Source: a virus (taxonomy: Duplodnaviria; Caudoviricetes). Taken from it: DNA of 64,000 nt. The stretch spans positions 2,635-66,634 of the IMG/VR virus record IMGVR_UViG_3300047561_000672. The stretch is one strand, 5' to 3'. This document shows, piece by piece, positions 54,226 to 63,591 of the stretch (the first letter of the stretch is position 1; each line of letters starts with the position of its first letter). The position numbers and the translations under genes were made by a program. The notes under the pieces were generated by a model, which saw only the letters and a list, made by a program, of their open reading frames with translations, was not told where the DNA came from and made no database searches.

Positions 54226-55556
54226 TTGATAAATGTCCCGTAGATATGGTGGTTCCAAACTGCTGCTTGAAATCCCATCTTGTTTGCCCAGCCCGATGTA
54301 TGGTCCTCATGGAAAATCAAACCATCGGAATATATTTCAGCAGGGTAGTAGTCGTGCATCAGGTTGTCAATGGTGCAGACAATCCCCATCTCCTGACGTA
54401 TCCAAGCAGCAACAGCGGCGTCGAACCAAGGTGCAGCGATAGCCACATCAGGGAAATCGTGGATTCTATCGGCCAGCCAATCCCACCTGAAGGCAAACAA
54501 CTCCCGTCCGTAGTGGCCGTGGTGACGCCTAATTCCTACAGCACCAAACTTTCCACAATGGATTTTGATAGGCTCAATATCAAGCACTTGCACATCATCG
54601 TTGGTCCAGTATATAACATCCCTGCCCTTGGAGAACTTGAGTGCATGGGCCAGCATCTCCTTGAGCATCGGTAGAGGTCTGGAATCACCCAACGCATGGG
54701 CATTGCGAGGAATCTGATCACAGGTTAAAACTAGATCAAATATCTTCCAAGTCTTCTGAGCTTTCTTGTGTCGTGGGGTGGAGTTGTACACACTAGCTAC
54801 TAGGATATCATCGCCCGTTGGAAGGATGGCCGACTCAACAGCATCTCCAACTTGATCTATCTGAAAGTCATTGTATCTGAATGAAGCAACAGATGTCACT
54901 GGAGGTGTGCTTCCCCACCACGTTTGGTTGATGAGTGTAACTACAGGGCACTTGGCCGCATTGGCAAGCCATAGGGTAGCGGTGTCAATCGTGACAAGGC
55001 AAGCCGCCCGATCCATCAATCCCAACAAATCGTAGAGTCGCTCACCTTGGACGTTGGCTAGGTCTAGTATCTGGTAGTCGGGAAATCTGGATTGCAACCC
55101 ATGGATGAGTTGTTCGCCATTGGCAAACGGCGAAGATATTCCCTTGGTTGAAACCAGTATGGCATGTTTTGTAAGTCGTTGATTATCAACAAGAGTTTGC
55201 TCACGTTGGTTATCCCGCCGATCAAACACCAATGGGTACTTCCTCCATAGGTTGGAGAACCCTCCGAGTCGATAGCTCTCCCTACAGTAGTTGGACTCCA
55301 TCCTATTACTATCTGGATTACCACACACTTGCGCCACCCGAACATCTTCCATCCCATTGCACAAGTTGATAGCATCCATCAGGTAGTCCCTGTTCTGTGA
55401 ATACTTCTTGATATCACAATATGTGATACCGTCAAACAACCCTGCGTGTTCGTGGCTAACGATGAAGGTGGGACGCCGCCCCGCAACGTATTCTGAATAC
55501 GCCACTGGCAATAGGTTGATAATATCCCCAGCCTGACCTAGTGTTATAACTACCAT
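54222..55556 (-). CDS. two-domain glycosyltransferase (GT9-like plus GT-A-like)
   Basis: LGQAGDIINLLP and LMDRAACLVTIDTATLWLANA (GT9); C-terminal YWTNDD, GRELFAF, PWFD. Confidence 0.7.
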   Translation of the reverse strand: MVVITLGQAGDIINLLPVAYSEYVAGRRPTFIVSHEHAGLFDGITYCDIKKYSQNRDYLMDAINLCNGMEDVRVAQVCGNPDSNRMESNYCRESYRLGGFSNLWRKYPLVFDRRDNQREQTLVDNQRLTKHAILVSTKGISSPFANGEQLIHGLQSRFPDYQILDLANVQGERLYDLLGLMDRAACLVTIDTATLWLANAAKCPVVTLINQTWWGSTPPVTSVASFRYNDFQIDQVGDAVESAILPTGDDILVASVYNSTPRHKKAQKTWKIFDLVLTCDQIPRNAHALGDSRPLPMLKEMLAHALKFSKGRDVIYWTNDDVQVLDIEPIKIHCGKFGAVGIRRHHGHYGRELFAFRWDWLADRIHDFPDVAIAAPWFDAAVAAWIRQEMGIVCTIDNLMHDYYPAEIYSDGLIFHEDHTSGWANKMGFQAAVWNHHIYGTFIK

Positions 55557-57145
55557 CGGGCCTCCATCAATGGAAGGATCTCGTCGGGATCGGCAATACC
55601 CTGTGATATCTCGTCTGATTTTCTTTTAATTGCTGACTGAAGCATTAGTTGATAACTGTCTCCAATAGATAATTCTCTGGCGTCCTCCAAGTCAACACTC
55701 AATACAGCGGCTTCGATATCACTATCCATAGTAGATAGAACCCCCATGATGGAAGCCTCGTCGCCCGCCTCGTACTCCGATCCCATAACCCAGTCAATAG
55801 AAGGTTCGTTGATCAGTTGCCAGTTGTACTTACTGGCCCCATCCTTTCCAAAGTACAACAGTCGAGCAAGTAACAAACTCAACGACTCGCTAATCTGGCG
55901 GCACCCAGCTTTAATTGCTACCAACTTCTTGCAAGCAGCAACCTCACGCCGCAACTCAGCGGGACCGACACCAAGCACTACTGACAACTTGTTGACCATG
56001 GAGGTTCTGACCACTCCCTCATCCAGTTTTGATAATCCCCACCCAATGGTCTTCACCGCTTCCAACTGATCGGTCACAAATTCATAGCTGTTTTTGTGAC
56101 AGGTTGCCAACGCCTCCAAGTAGTGGGGGGAGCCAGCAATAAGCTCAGATAAGTTGCCTCCATCCAGAATAAACTGGTCTGGATCTTTCCCATCGGGCAA
56201 TACCACAGACCGCACATCAATACCCAGCGGAGCTAATATCGCAAACGCTTTCTTTGCCGCCTCTTGCCCCGCTTTATCCCCATCGTATATCAGAACGGCC
56301 CGCTTGCACAATCTCCTCACCATGGCCCCGTGGGCGTCAGTAAAAGCTGTTCCAAGTGGAGCCACCGCATTGGTAATTCCTGCCAGATGGCATCTGATGG
56401 CGTCGATCTGTCCCTCCACAACCACCATCTCCTCACTATCAATCACCTTGCGCTTCGCCCGATCCAGTCCGTAGAGCAACTTCCCCTTGGTAAACACCAG
56501 TGAGTCGGGAGAGTTCATATACTTGGCAGGATGGTTGGTCGTGGTCCTTCCTGAGAATCCCACCAGTTGCCCCTGCTCATCTCGTATTCCAAACATAATC
56601 CTGTCCCGAAATCTGGGGTACCCAGCTTCATATGCTAGTCCTGATTCTATGGCGTGGGGGGTGCGCGACAAATTGTAATTTGAAGGCGCGAGTCCGATAT
56701 CCCATTGGCCACATACAATTGAATTGAATTTTCTTTGGCGCAAATGATCCCGCGCAATCGACCTACCATCGCCAATCAACTGCTTAAAGAAATATTGGTT
56801 TGCTTTGTTTAGCGTAGAGAGAATTGCGCCTCGGAGTTTTCCTTCCTCCGATTGCTCTTCCTCCACCTGTATGCCAGCCCGATCCGCTAACTTCCTCACT
56901 GCATCAGGGAAGGATAGATGATCCATCTCCATGACAAAGCGGATGATCGACCCGCCCGCCCCGCATCCAAAGCATTTGTAATTATTCTTGGTGTCGTTGA
57001 TGAAGAAGGAAGGTGACTTCTCTTTATGGAATGGGCACAGCGCAACGCAGCGTCCGCCCCTCCGTTTCACGGGGAAGTAATCACCCGCTATTTCGGAGAG
57101 ACGGAGCTTGCCTGTTACCGAAGCAATGGTAGCCGAAGAGATCAA
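55550..57145 (-). CDS. dnaG: DNA primase DnaG
   Basis: CHC2 Zn finger CPFHKEKSPSF...CFGC, FRDRIMF, KYMNSP, TOPRIM VVEGQIDAI, YDGD.AG, KDPD. Confidence 0.95.
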   Translation of the reverse strand: MISSATIASVTGKLRLSEIAGDYFPVKRRGGRCVALCPFHKEKSPSFFINDTKNNYKCFGCGAGGSIIRFVMEMDHLSFPDAVRKLADRAGIQVEEEQSEEGKLRGAILSTLNKANQYFFKQLIGDGRSIARDHLRQRKFNSIVCGQWDIGLAPSNYNLSRTPHAIESGLAYEAGYPRFRDRIMFGIRDEQGQLVGFSGRTTTNHPAKYMNSPDSLVFTKGKLLYGLDRAKRKVIDSEEMVVVEGQIDAIRCHLAGITNAVAPLGTAFTDAHGAMVRRLCKRAVLIYDGDKAGQEAAKKAFAILAPLGIDVRSVVLPDGKDPDQFILDGGNLSELIAGSPHYLEALATCHKNSYEFVTDQLEAVKTIGWGLSKLDEGVVRTSMVNKLSVVLGVGPAELRREVAACKKLVAIKAGCRQISESLSLLLARLLYFGKDGASKYNWQLINEPSIDWVMGSEYEAGDEASIMGVLSTMDSDIEAAVLSVDLEDARELSIGDSYQLMLQSAIKRKSDEISQGIADPDEILPLMEARW

Positions 57146-57303
57146 AAACTAAATCGGTTGGATTTAATAGTTGGCATCTCATCAACTCGCGGGAGTACAT
57201 AAACAGTCTCTCGCTTTGGTTTGCGTGGTGCTTCGATGGCGACAATAGTCATCAGGAATGTGACTGCCATAAGTACTAGTGCTAATGTGGCGTTCTTTTT
57301 CAT
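57142..57303 (-). CDS. small membrane protein
   Basis: MKKNATLALVLMAVTFLMTIVAIE single TM/signal. Confidence 0.55.
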   Translation of the reverse strand: MKKNATLALVLMAVTFLMTIVAIEAPRKPKRETVYVLPRVDEMPTIKSNRFSF

Positions 57304-57304
57304 A

Positions 57305-57547
57305 TTAATTGGAGGAACATAGTTCCCATTGGAGTTGGTTGGATTCATGGAAGTGGCGAAGGATCTTTCGCATCGCCCCGTCTTCAATAATCGGTGTGAC
57401 TGGCATGAAGAATCGTTGAGCCAACTCTTCTGCTTCCTCAAGTGTCATTGTGACCTTCATGGTAGCAGAGTCGTTGACGATGGCAATGCGGTCAAAGGAC
57501 TCAGCCTCATCGGCCCGCTTCGTAGTATGGCAGTAGGTTCTGCTCAT
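57305..57547 (-). CDS. hypothetical protein
   Basis: ATGA overlap with upstream gene. Confidence 0.5.
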   Translation of the reverse strand: MSRTYCHTTKRADEAESFDRIAIVNDSATMKVTMTLEEAEELAQRFFMPVTPIIEDGAMRKILRHFHESNQLQWELCSSN

Positions 57548-57717
57548 GGCCTGAGCCTCCTTACGAGCTTGATCCACCCGCCACTACCTAAGCATTGGTT
57601 GCTCCCATCGTTGGTGCGGACTGTGATTGAGCGTAGGAGGTGTTCCCTCTCGCGCCGTCTAACGTTGATCGTATCTTTCAGTTCTTTTATTCGTTGCATT
57701 ATGTCTACTTTTTTCAT
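57544..57717 (-). CDS. hypothetical protein (57 aa, not in ORF track)
   Basis: Read manually: MKKVDIMQRIKELKDTINVRRRERE...; ATGA overlaps both sides. Confidence 0.5.
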   Translation of the reverse strand: MKKVDIMQRIKELKDTINVRRREREHLLRSITVRTNDGSNQCLGSGGWIKLVRRLRP

Positions 57718-58034
57718 GGTTGTTTATAGTTGTCCACCTCTTGCAGGGCGGGATGGTTTTGGTCAACTACATAGATATGAAATACCTTGTCAGTCCTCGG
57801 CGGAATGTAGTTTTTAATGGTAACAATCTCGATTCGCTTCATTTCTTTTCTTGTCTTGAGCCAATCAAATGTCTTGCTGGCATCGGAGTAAGTGGCGCAG
57901 GCCCACCCGCATCGGGCGACACCTCCCTTGGCCTTGCCCCAACGACTCATGGCATCGTCTCGGCACACCACTCCAAACAGAAACTTCTCGCGTTGTTCTG
58001 GAGTGCGATCATCGGTAATGATTGGAGGTTTCAT
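57714..58034 (-). CDS. hypothetical early protein
   Basis: ATGA overlaps; DDRT.EQ...VV.RD..MS.WG.A.GG.....WAC. Confidence 0.6.
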   Translation of the reverse strand: MKPPIITDDRTPEQREKFLFGVVCRDDAMSRWGKAKGGVARCGWACATYSDASKTFDWLKTRKEMKRIEIVTIKNYIPPRTDKVFHIYVVDQNHPALQEVDNYKQP

Positions 58035-58270
58035 TGTTCCACCTTTTCAATAGTTGCTTTGAGGTCGCTACGCTTGATTGCCCGATAGGCATTGACAGCA
58101 TCGCGCAGATCCATCCTTGCCAGAACCTTACTGCCAAGGTAGGGAGTTTTGTTTCTGGCCCGAAAGCCCCTGATAACTGAGCGCATTAAAACCATCTCAA
58201 TTGTTGTTAGTTCATGGAGTTGGAGCTTGACCCCGACATTCCATTTATATGTTTGTGTTTTGGTTTTCAT
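58031..58270 (-). CDS. hypothetical early protein
   Basis: A-rich leader, ATGA overlap. Confidence 0.55.
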   Translation of the reverse strand: MKTKTQTYKWNVGVKLQLHELTTIEMVLMRSVIRGFRARNKTPYLGSKVLARMDLRDAVNAYRAIKRSDLKATIEKVEQ

Positions 58271-58498
58271 TGTGGTTTATGTATTAGACAAAGCAAAGTG
58301 CAATGCGTTCAAGTTGGTCTATAAATGATTTTCCAGAGGATGGGGACAAGCCGTCCACTCCTTTGCCTGCCCCCGTCCCGACGAGGAAACTGAGCGAGGC
58401 AGAGAGGTTTGCCCTCATACGCAACCGCAAAGACCGCAAAGGAAGGGGATCTCGTCGGCGCAATGGCGAAAAACGCTGGGCGACTAAGGGTAAGTGAA

Positions 58499-58783
58499 TC
58501 ATTGGTTGAGATCCCCCAGATCAGGTCCGTCCTCGCTGCTGACGTACTCAGTCACTCCCGCCTCGTAGCCCTCCTTATATAATTGAGATGATTTTAACTG
58601 GTCATCGCCTTCGTAATCTTGATAGGGGTCAATAGCTACCCCCACTTCGTACCCGTGGACAAATCCCAAGCAATAGGCAATTGATCTTGTTTTATTATTT
58701 ATATCCATATGTTTTATTTTGTTTGTTTTGTTTTCCGCGAGCATATCTCGCAAAGCATTTGTTGAGTAATTTTCATCCCGCAT
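58499..58783 (-). CDS. hypothetical early protein
   Basis: Acidic ORF; start uncertain. Confidence 0.45.
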   Translation of the reverse strand: MRDENYSTNALRDMLAENKTNKIKHMDINNKTRSIAYCLGFVHGYEVGVAIDPYQDYEGDDQLKSSQLYKEGYEAGVTEYVSSEDGPDLGDLNQ

Positions 58784-58905
58784 TGTGCGGTGAATTCCAT
58801 CTCTATGTCAGGGAAGAATGGGCTTGTTACCCGTTGCCCATCGTACAGAACCGCAATAGGCTCGCCCGCAATGTTCAGAAATAGTATTGTTTGATTAAAT
58901 TTCAT
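58714..58905 (-). CDS. hypothetical early protein
   Basis: ATGA overlap. Confidence 0.45.
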   Translation of the reverse strand: MKFNQTILFLNIAGEPIAVLYDGQRVTSPFFPDIEMEFTAQCGMKITQQMLCEICSRKTKQTK

Positions 58906-59477
58906 TTCTTTTTAGTTGTGCTCATCATTTTCCAGATCTCCAGATCGGCATCGGCCATCGTCCGATCAGGATAAGACTTCGCCATGAGTTGCTGACATAC
59001 CTCGGCCAATTCATGGTAGCGTTTACCAGAGGGAGTGGTTTTCGGCGTTGCCACCCCGTGGGTTTCGCGCATCCATCGGAGGATATGCGTATCCAGCACC
59101 GCGCAACTATAGCCCTCCCGTGAATGGAGCAGGAAAAAGTTGGCAGTCTTCGGCCCGATACCAAAGACCCCTACCAGATCATCAAAAGTAATCCGTCTGA
59201 GCTTTCCCTTGAACTTGACTACCTCTCGGAATGCTCGGACAATTCGCTTGTACTGACCTAGCCTGACCCTTTCTGCAATTGAGAGAAGAGTGGCGTCCCA
59301 TGCTTGGAGGTACTCAAATGGGGTCAACTCCCCATGGCCCGCTAAGAATTGATCCAGCTTACTGCTGGTCATTGCAGCCCGCTTGCCCGCTACGCTAATA
59401 GCAAACAGTAGGAACTGTTCCAGTTGTGCGTCTGACCGCTGAGTGTCTGTTATGTTTTGAGGATCGATAGGTTTCAT
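58902..59477 (-). CDS. HhH DNA glycosylase/AP lyase (OGG2/endonuclease III-like)
   Basis: LVGVFGIGPKTANFFL helix-hairpin-helix with Lys, AVLDTHILR catalytic Asp, DLEIW. Confidence 0.75.
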   Translation of the reverse strand: MKPIDPQNITDTQRSDAQLEQFLLFAISVAGKRAAMTSSKLDQFLAGHGELTPFEYLQAWDATLLSIAERVRLGQYKRIVRAFREVVKFKGKLRRITFDDLVGVFGIGPKTANFFLLHSREGYSCAVLDTHILRWMRETHGVATPKTTPSGKRYHELAEVCQQLMAKSYPDRTMADADLEIWKMMSTTKKK

Positions 59478-59632
59478 TTATTTATGAGTTTCTGCAACCA
59501 CTTTGCTGGCAGCTTATATGTTGTTTCAGTTAGAATAGATTTTCCGACTAGCTTGGTCGCAAACTCGCCCGAGAACCAATAGGTTCCCGCTGGTATGCCT
59601 TTCACCTGACCGACCTTGAGGGTAGCAATCAC
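59474..59632 (-). CDS. hypothetical protein (52 aa, not in ORF track)
   Basis: Read manually: GTG overlaps upstream TGA; MIATLKVGQVKGIPAGTYWFSGEFATKL...; ends in ATGA overlap. Confidence 0.5.
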   Translation of the reverse strand: MIATLKVGQVKGIPAGTYWFSGEFATKLVGKSILTETTYKLPAKWLQKLINK

Positions 59633-59976
59633 AGGTCACCCCCATCTGCAATATCATTGTCGATGTTTTCTTTAATTGTTTCCCAGTTGTTTTCGGTAAA
59701 CGCCATGGCTTCCTGCCAAAGCAGGGAGTTGACGGCATCGGCCACAGCTTGATTGTCTGCAACAGAGACTGTATCCCCGCTAAAACTAACCCAGATCAAT
59801 TCGCTTTCATCGGTCTGGTTCCAGAGGCTAAGTTGCTGCACATCTAGAGAGTTCTCTATCATGTCGCCTTCCTTGTCGTAGCCTACCTCAATTTCGGCTT
59901 CGATGTAGTATACTATCTGACCAACGAGGAATTCTTTATCGATTGAGAATTCCTCTGCATGTATGTATTTACTCAT
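59629..59976 (-). CDS. acidic hypothetical early protein
   Basis: A-rich leader AAAATAAACTACC-ATG. Confidence 0.6.
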   Translation of the reverse strand: MSKYIHAEEFSIDKEFLVGQIVYYIEAEIEVGYDKEGDMIENSLDVQQLSLWNQTDESELIWVSFSGDTVSVADNQAVADAVNSLLWQEAMAFTENNWETIKENIDNDIADGGDL

Positions 59977-60051
59977 GGTAGTTTATTTTGTTTGGAGTTG
60001 ACTCCATGCTGGCCGCGAACCCCCATTGGCCCGCGACCAGATAGGAACCAA

Positions 60052-61101
60052 CTAGTTCCCCGATCCCGCTAGGAGAGCTGTTGCTCCCCGTTCCTCTGTC
60101 CTCTCACGGGAGTCTGCATCCCTGAGCATCCCCATGAATCGCTCTTTATGTTCTGCCGCCGATCCGAACTCGGCCCTGAATGCCTTGTCGCCTTGGTTTG
60201 CGGCTTTGCCAGTGCCTTGTCCAGAGGTGTAGTACTCTGTCACCCCGTTGAGCAGATCGTACATCGTCTCACCTCTGTTGCCTTTGCCCGCTTTAAACAG
60301 GCTAAGGATCTCATCGGTGGAATTGCTGGTTCTGGTGGACACTTTCTTATCGTCGCGCAGCCCCTGAAAGCCCGCAAAATACCCTGCCACTAAACGCCTA
60401 GCCTTAGTGAAATCGCATTTGATTCCCGCGAGATAGGTCAGAGCTTCGACCATATCAGCCTTTTGATTACGAAACGCCATAATGATCTCAGGCATAGAAT
60501 CCAATTGAAGATTCGCGTTTTTCGTATGGTATATTTTAGCCCGAGCATCAGCGGCATCCAGAGAAGCCCGCAAAGTATTCCAACATACTGTACGGAATCC
60601 GCTGGTATAGAAGTTCCAACTGTCTGTACCATCGTGGGATGTTGCCAGACTGAGATGAAAATCCCAAGTGTCTCCAGCTTGAATCTCTGTGCTGCTGTCA
60701 TCCTGAACTAGCGACAGGAAGAACGACTTACCAGACCGAACACTTCCAGCGGTCACGATCTTGGCATCGAGTCCGTAGTCTCGTATTGCAGTCTCAACAA
60801 CCTCCAGAGATTTGCTGTTATCAATGACATGGTAATCCTTACCCATTACTGACAATGGTTGGATGCGTTGACCCTCTGGGATATCATCGCGGAAACGATA
60901 ATCCGCGACCAGAGCTTTTTGATTGTCCAGAGTTACCTTCTCGCCGTCGAGTGAGATAGTGATCTCACCCTCGACAATGGGGAACAGGATAGGTTTGATG
61001 ACTTCCCGAGTGATAACGGGAACCAGATTGGCGAGCTTATGCCACTCGCGTGAGACTGTTGAGAACACCATATCGTATGGTGCGTTGATTTTATGTGCCA
61101 T
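60052..61101 (-). CDS. DUF932-family protein
   Basis: TSHDGT, RTVCWNTL, H(T)KNA, GETMYDLLNGVTEY. Confidence 0.8.
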   Translation of the reverse strand: MAHKINAPYDMVFSTVSREWHKLANLVPVITREVIKPILFPIVEGEITISLDGEKVTLDNQKALVADYRFRDDIPEGQRIQPLSVMGKDYHVIDNSKSLEVVETAIRDYGLDAKIVTAGSVRSGKSFFLSLVQDDSSTEIQAGDTWDFHLSLATSHDGTDSWNFYTSGFRTVCWNTLRASLDAADARAKIYHTKNANLQLDSMPEIIMAFRNQKADMVEALTYLAGIKCDFTKARRLVAGYFAGFQGLRDDKKVSTRTSNSTDEILSLFKAGKGNRGETMYDLLNGVTEYYTSGQGTGKAANQGDKAFRAEFGSAAEHKERFMGMLRDADSRERTEERGATALLAGSGN

Positions 61102-61191
61102 AGTAGTAGTAGTATTTTGGTTTTTATTGTTGTTGGTTTGCCTTAGTGGCAATCCCCTCCGCTCTCCCCGTAGAGAGAGCAGACGGGATGG

Positions 61192-61404
61192 TCATTGGCT
61201 TTGCTCGTCTTCAAGTATACATTCAGCCCATTGCTTACAATCTCTGAGCGATTCTTCGTGGTAATCTGTTGCCAGCTTGCCATTGTCCAGCATTCGCCAT
61301 GATGTAGCATAGCATCCATTTTTTGAAGTAAGAGCACTCCCCCTAATGAATCTAAATCTTCCATCGCGAGATGCGTATCCTTCCTCGGTGCGTTTCAATT
61401 TCAT
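61192..61404 (-). CDS. hypothetical early protein
   Basis: ORF in early operon. Confidence 0.55.
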   Translation of the reverse strand: MKLKRTEEGYASRDGRFRFIRGSALTSKNGCYATSWRMLDNGKLATDYHEESLRDCKQWAECILEDEQSQ

Positions 61405-61748
61405 TAGAGTCTTTCCTCGATTGCAAGTAGCTTGTTGCTTGCATCGCGAATAATGTCCCGCACCCTAGCTGCTTCGCGTTCGGCCCGCATCATAATCTAT
61501 CCCGCTTCAATTTGAGCAGTCCGCAGAATCTGATTCTCATTCGATGCTGCCCGCTTGACAATCTCATCAGCTTGTTTCGCCGCATCGTCCAAGCTAATGG
61601 TAGGAAGAATGTCAGAACGTAAATCCCGAATTAGCTCAGAACGGATTTGAGTTAGCCAAGGCCCGAGATAGCTATCGGTTCCCAGTTTGATGATAGCAAC
61701 GTCGATGACTTGCAACTCGTCGCCTTTAGTTAGTGGTTTCTTTTTCAT
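61404..61748 (-). pseudogene. coiled-coil gene interrupted by a single in-frame TAG (61497-61499)
   Basis: Frame continues 30 more codons in the same helical style and ends in a TAATG overlap with the next gene. Confidence 0.5.
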
Positions 61749-61758
61749 TGGTAGTTTA

Positions 61759-61962
61759 TTAGTTCAAAGAATTGACGATCTGCGACATATGGTCGTGCGC
61801 CCGCGACCAATCCATTTCGGCTTCGATGGTATCTGATACTCCTGCCCAGTTGGCGTCATCGTCCAGACCGAACATATCCGCTTCCCAGTAAGCTAAAACG
61901 ATGTTTCCAACGCCCCTAGCCTTGCATTGCTTCAGTTGTTGTATTGCTTCTTCTATGCTCAT
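61759..61962 (-). CDS. hypothetical early protein
   Basis: ORF with own promoter. Confidence 0.55.
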   Translation of the reverse strand: MSIEEAIQQLKQCKARGVGNIVLAYWEADMFGLDDDANWAGVSDTIEAEMDWSRAHDHMSQIVNSLN

Positions 61963-61979
61963 ATTGGTTTATATTGGTG

Positions 61980-62007
61980 AATGTATAGGTTATTTGATTG
62001 GCGTCAA
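61980..62007 (-). promoter_or_regulatory. sigma70-like early promoter
   Basis: TTGACG-N16-TACATT with two upstream A8 tracts (UP-like). Confidence 0.5.
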
Positions 62008-62028
62008 TAGTTTTTTTTGAGTTTTTTT

Positions 62029-62238
62029 TCAATAGCTTTTAAGGTATCTTAGAGCCTGATCAAATCCTGAAAAAAGCATTGTCTTGTTTTCCAGTTGGAT
62101 GATAAAGAACCCATCCTCGTCCCTTGTAATACTTTGCGGGCGTGGCAAGGTATCTTTGGACGCTTGGAAAAGTCTTTCCAGTTGATCGATGGGGTTCATG
62201 TTTACTGTATTGTGTTTTTTGTGGTGCATAAATTTCAA
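62029..62238 (-). CDS. hypothetical early protein
   Basis: ATGA overlap; start uncertain. Confidence 0.45.
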   Translation of the reverse strand: MKFMHHKKHNTVNMNPIDQLERLFQASKDTLPRPQSITRDEDGFFIIQLENKTMLFSGFDQALRYLKSY

Positions 62239-63146
62239 TGGATGCCGATAGCAATATCAACCCCACGAAACTTTTCAGATCCACAGGCGTGGCCTGAAGG
62301 AGTGCAATCTCCGCATTTACCAGAGCAAACGAAGACTCTGCGTCCCGCCGATTCTTTAACGTCACGCGCATAGTCGGAGAATCCCGCATTCCTGCGCGAC
62401 TGATAGGCTTTCCCGTGATCCTTTTGAGTCTGGATTGCAATGAATTCACCCCGTGCAATAGGTAAACGTGAGACCGCTTCCCTTTCTTCACTTGTCCCGC
62501 TGCCACCGCTTGAAAGATTGAGAAGGTAGTTGGCAGGAAACCTGCCGCCCGCTGCCGCATAATCTAAGAGAATGCGCCATGATTTTGAGTACCCGTACAC
62601 TTGCAAGTCTGGTCTTGCAAAGCATAGGCGGAACCAGAACCCCAGAATGTCCAAGGAAGCAAAGTCGCCATCGACATAAAGCCTGACAATTGCGCCTTTT
62701 GGTAATTCCATCCAAGCTTGAAGGATGGCGTCCCGTCCCGCTTTGGAACGTAGGCGAAGGCTGTTTACCAATTGGCGAGCAAAGGCAGGGGGATATCGCC
62801 ATGCGCGAAAGCTATAGCAGAATCCACCCATCAGGTCGCCGTTGGCACCATAAAGGCAGGATCCAGCTTGTGGGCAATCGACGCCCGCCAAACTGGAAAA
62901 TGCAAAAAACGGGAGCTTGCCATTGCCTTTTGCGAATATGGCAGGAAGCTTTCCATTTTCAAGCCGTGCGGCGGTAGCTGACCAGCCTTTCCCTCCGCCC
63001 GTAGTAGACCGCAAATAATTGGCACGATCACGGAAAAGATCAATGGCGGGTGATAGTGAATCCTTGGCAAGGCAATCTTGTCCTATGGCGTATAGGCCAC
63101 GTGTAAACAAAGGGGAATCGGGTTTCTTGGGTTGCTTGGTTTTCAT
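62235..63146 (-). CDS. Gp88-like protein
   Basis: FSSLAGVDCPQAGSC...CYS..A, VRLYVDGDF, VYGYSK, NLSS, C-terminal CSGKCGDC...C. Confidence 0.7.
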   Translation of the reverse strand: MKTKQPKKPDSPLFTRGLYAIGQDCLAKDSLSPAIDLFRDRANYLRSTTGGGKGWSATAARLENGKLPAIFAKGNGKLPFFAFSSLAGVDCPQAGSCLYGANGDLMGGFCYSFRAWRYPPAFARQLVNSLRLRSKAGRDAILQAWMELPKGAIVRLYVDGDFASLDILGFWFRLCFARPDLQVYGYSKSWRILLDYAAAGGRFPANYLLNLSSGGSGTSEEREAVSRLPIARGEFIAIQTQKDHGKAYQSRRNAGFSDYARDVKESAGRRVFVCSGKCGDCTPSGHACGSEKFRGVDIAIGIH

Positions 63147-63153
63147 GGTGTTG

Positions 63154-63246
63154 TTATTTTTTGAGGATAAGGAAAGTTAAAAGTGTAGGCAATGCGATAA
63201 AGCAGGCAATCTCTAGCATTGTTTGCGTAAATTCAATCGATGTCAT
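63154..63246 (-). CDS. 30-aa single-TM peptide (not in ORF track)
   Basis: Read manually: MTSIEFTQTMLEIACFIALPTLLTFLILKK. Confidence 0.45.
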   Translation of the reverse strand: MTSIEFTQTMLEIACFIALPTLLTFLILKK

Positions 63247-63266
63247 GGCGTGATTTTGTGCGGGAG

Positions 63267-63545
63267 TTATGCGCGAAGTCTGCAAAGACCATTGATATTT
63301 TTACGGGCATTATAGACTGCGTCCCGCACCATTGAAGGAATATTGAAGCGGAATTGCGCTGGTGATCTGTAGTTGCAATCTCCGAGGAAAGATTCACCTA
63401 GGATTATTGGCCCAGATTCACCATGGAATGTTATGGAGCATTCAGCCTCAAAAGACATTGAAGGAAAGTCGCATTGATCGTGAACACGCGCGTCAATTTT
63501 GACTGTGAATCGGCGTGTGTTGAAGGTATATAAATTTATTTTCAT
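63267..63545 (-). CDS. hypothetical early protein
   Basis: ORF in early operon. Confidence 0.5.
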   Translation of the reverse strand: MKINLYTFNTRRFTVKIDARVHDQCDFPSMSFEAECSITFHGESGPIILGESFLGDCNYRSPAQFRFNIPSMVRDAVYNARKNINGLCRLRA

Positions 63546-63591
63546 AACTTAAAAAGGATTGCGCTAGGGGTGGAACCTTTGCGCATTTTAC

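Noticed and set aside
59571-60063. Repeated GGGAAC-N-TTGGTTC mini-hairpin (59571-91 and ~60043-63)
   Set aside because: Short, and one copy lies inside a coding ORF while the other overlaps a stop codon; probably chance
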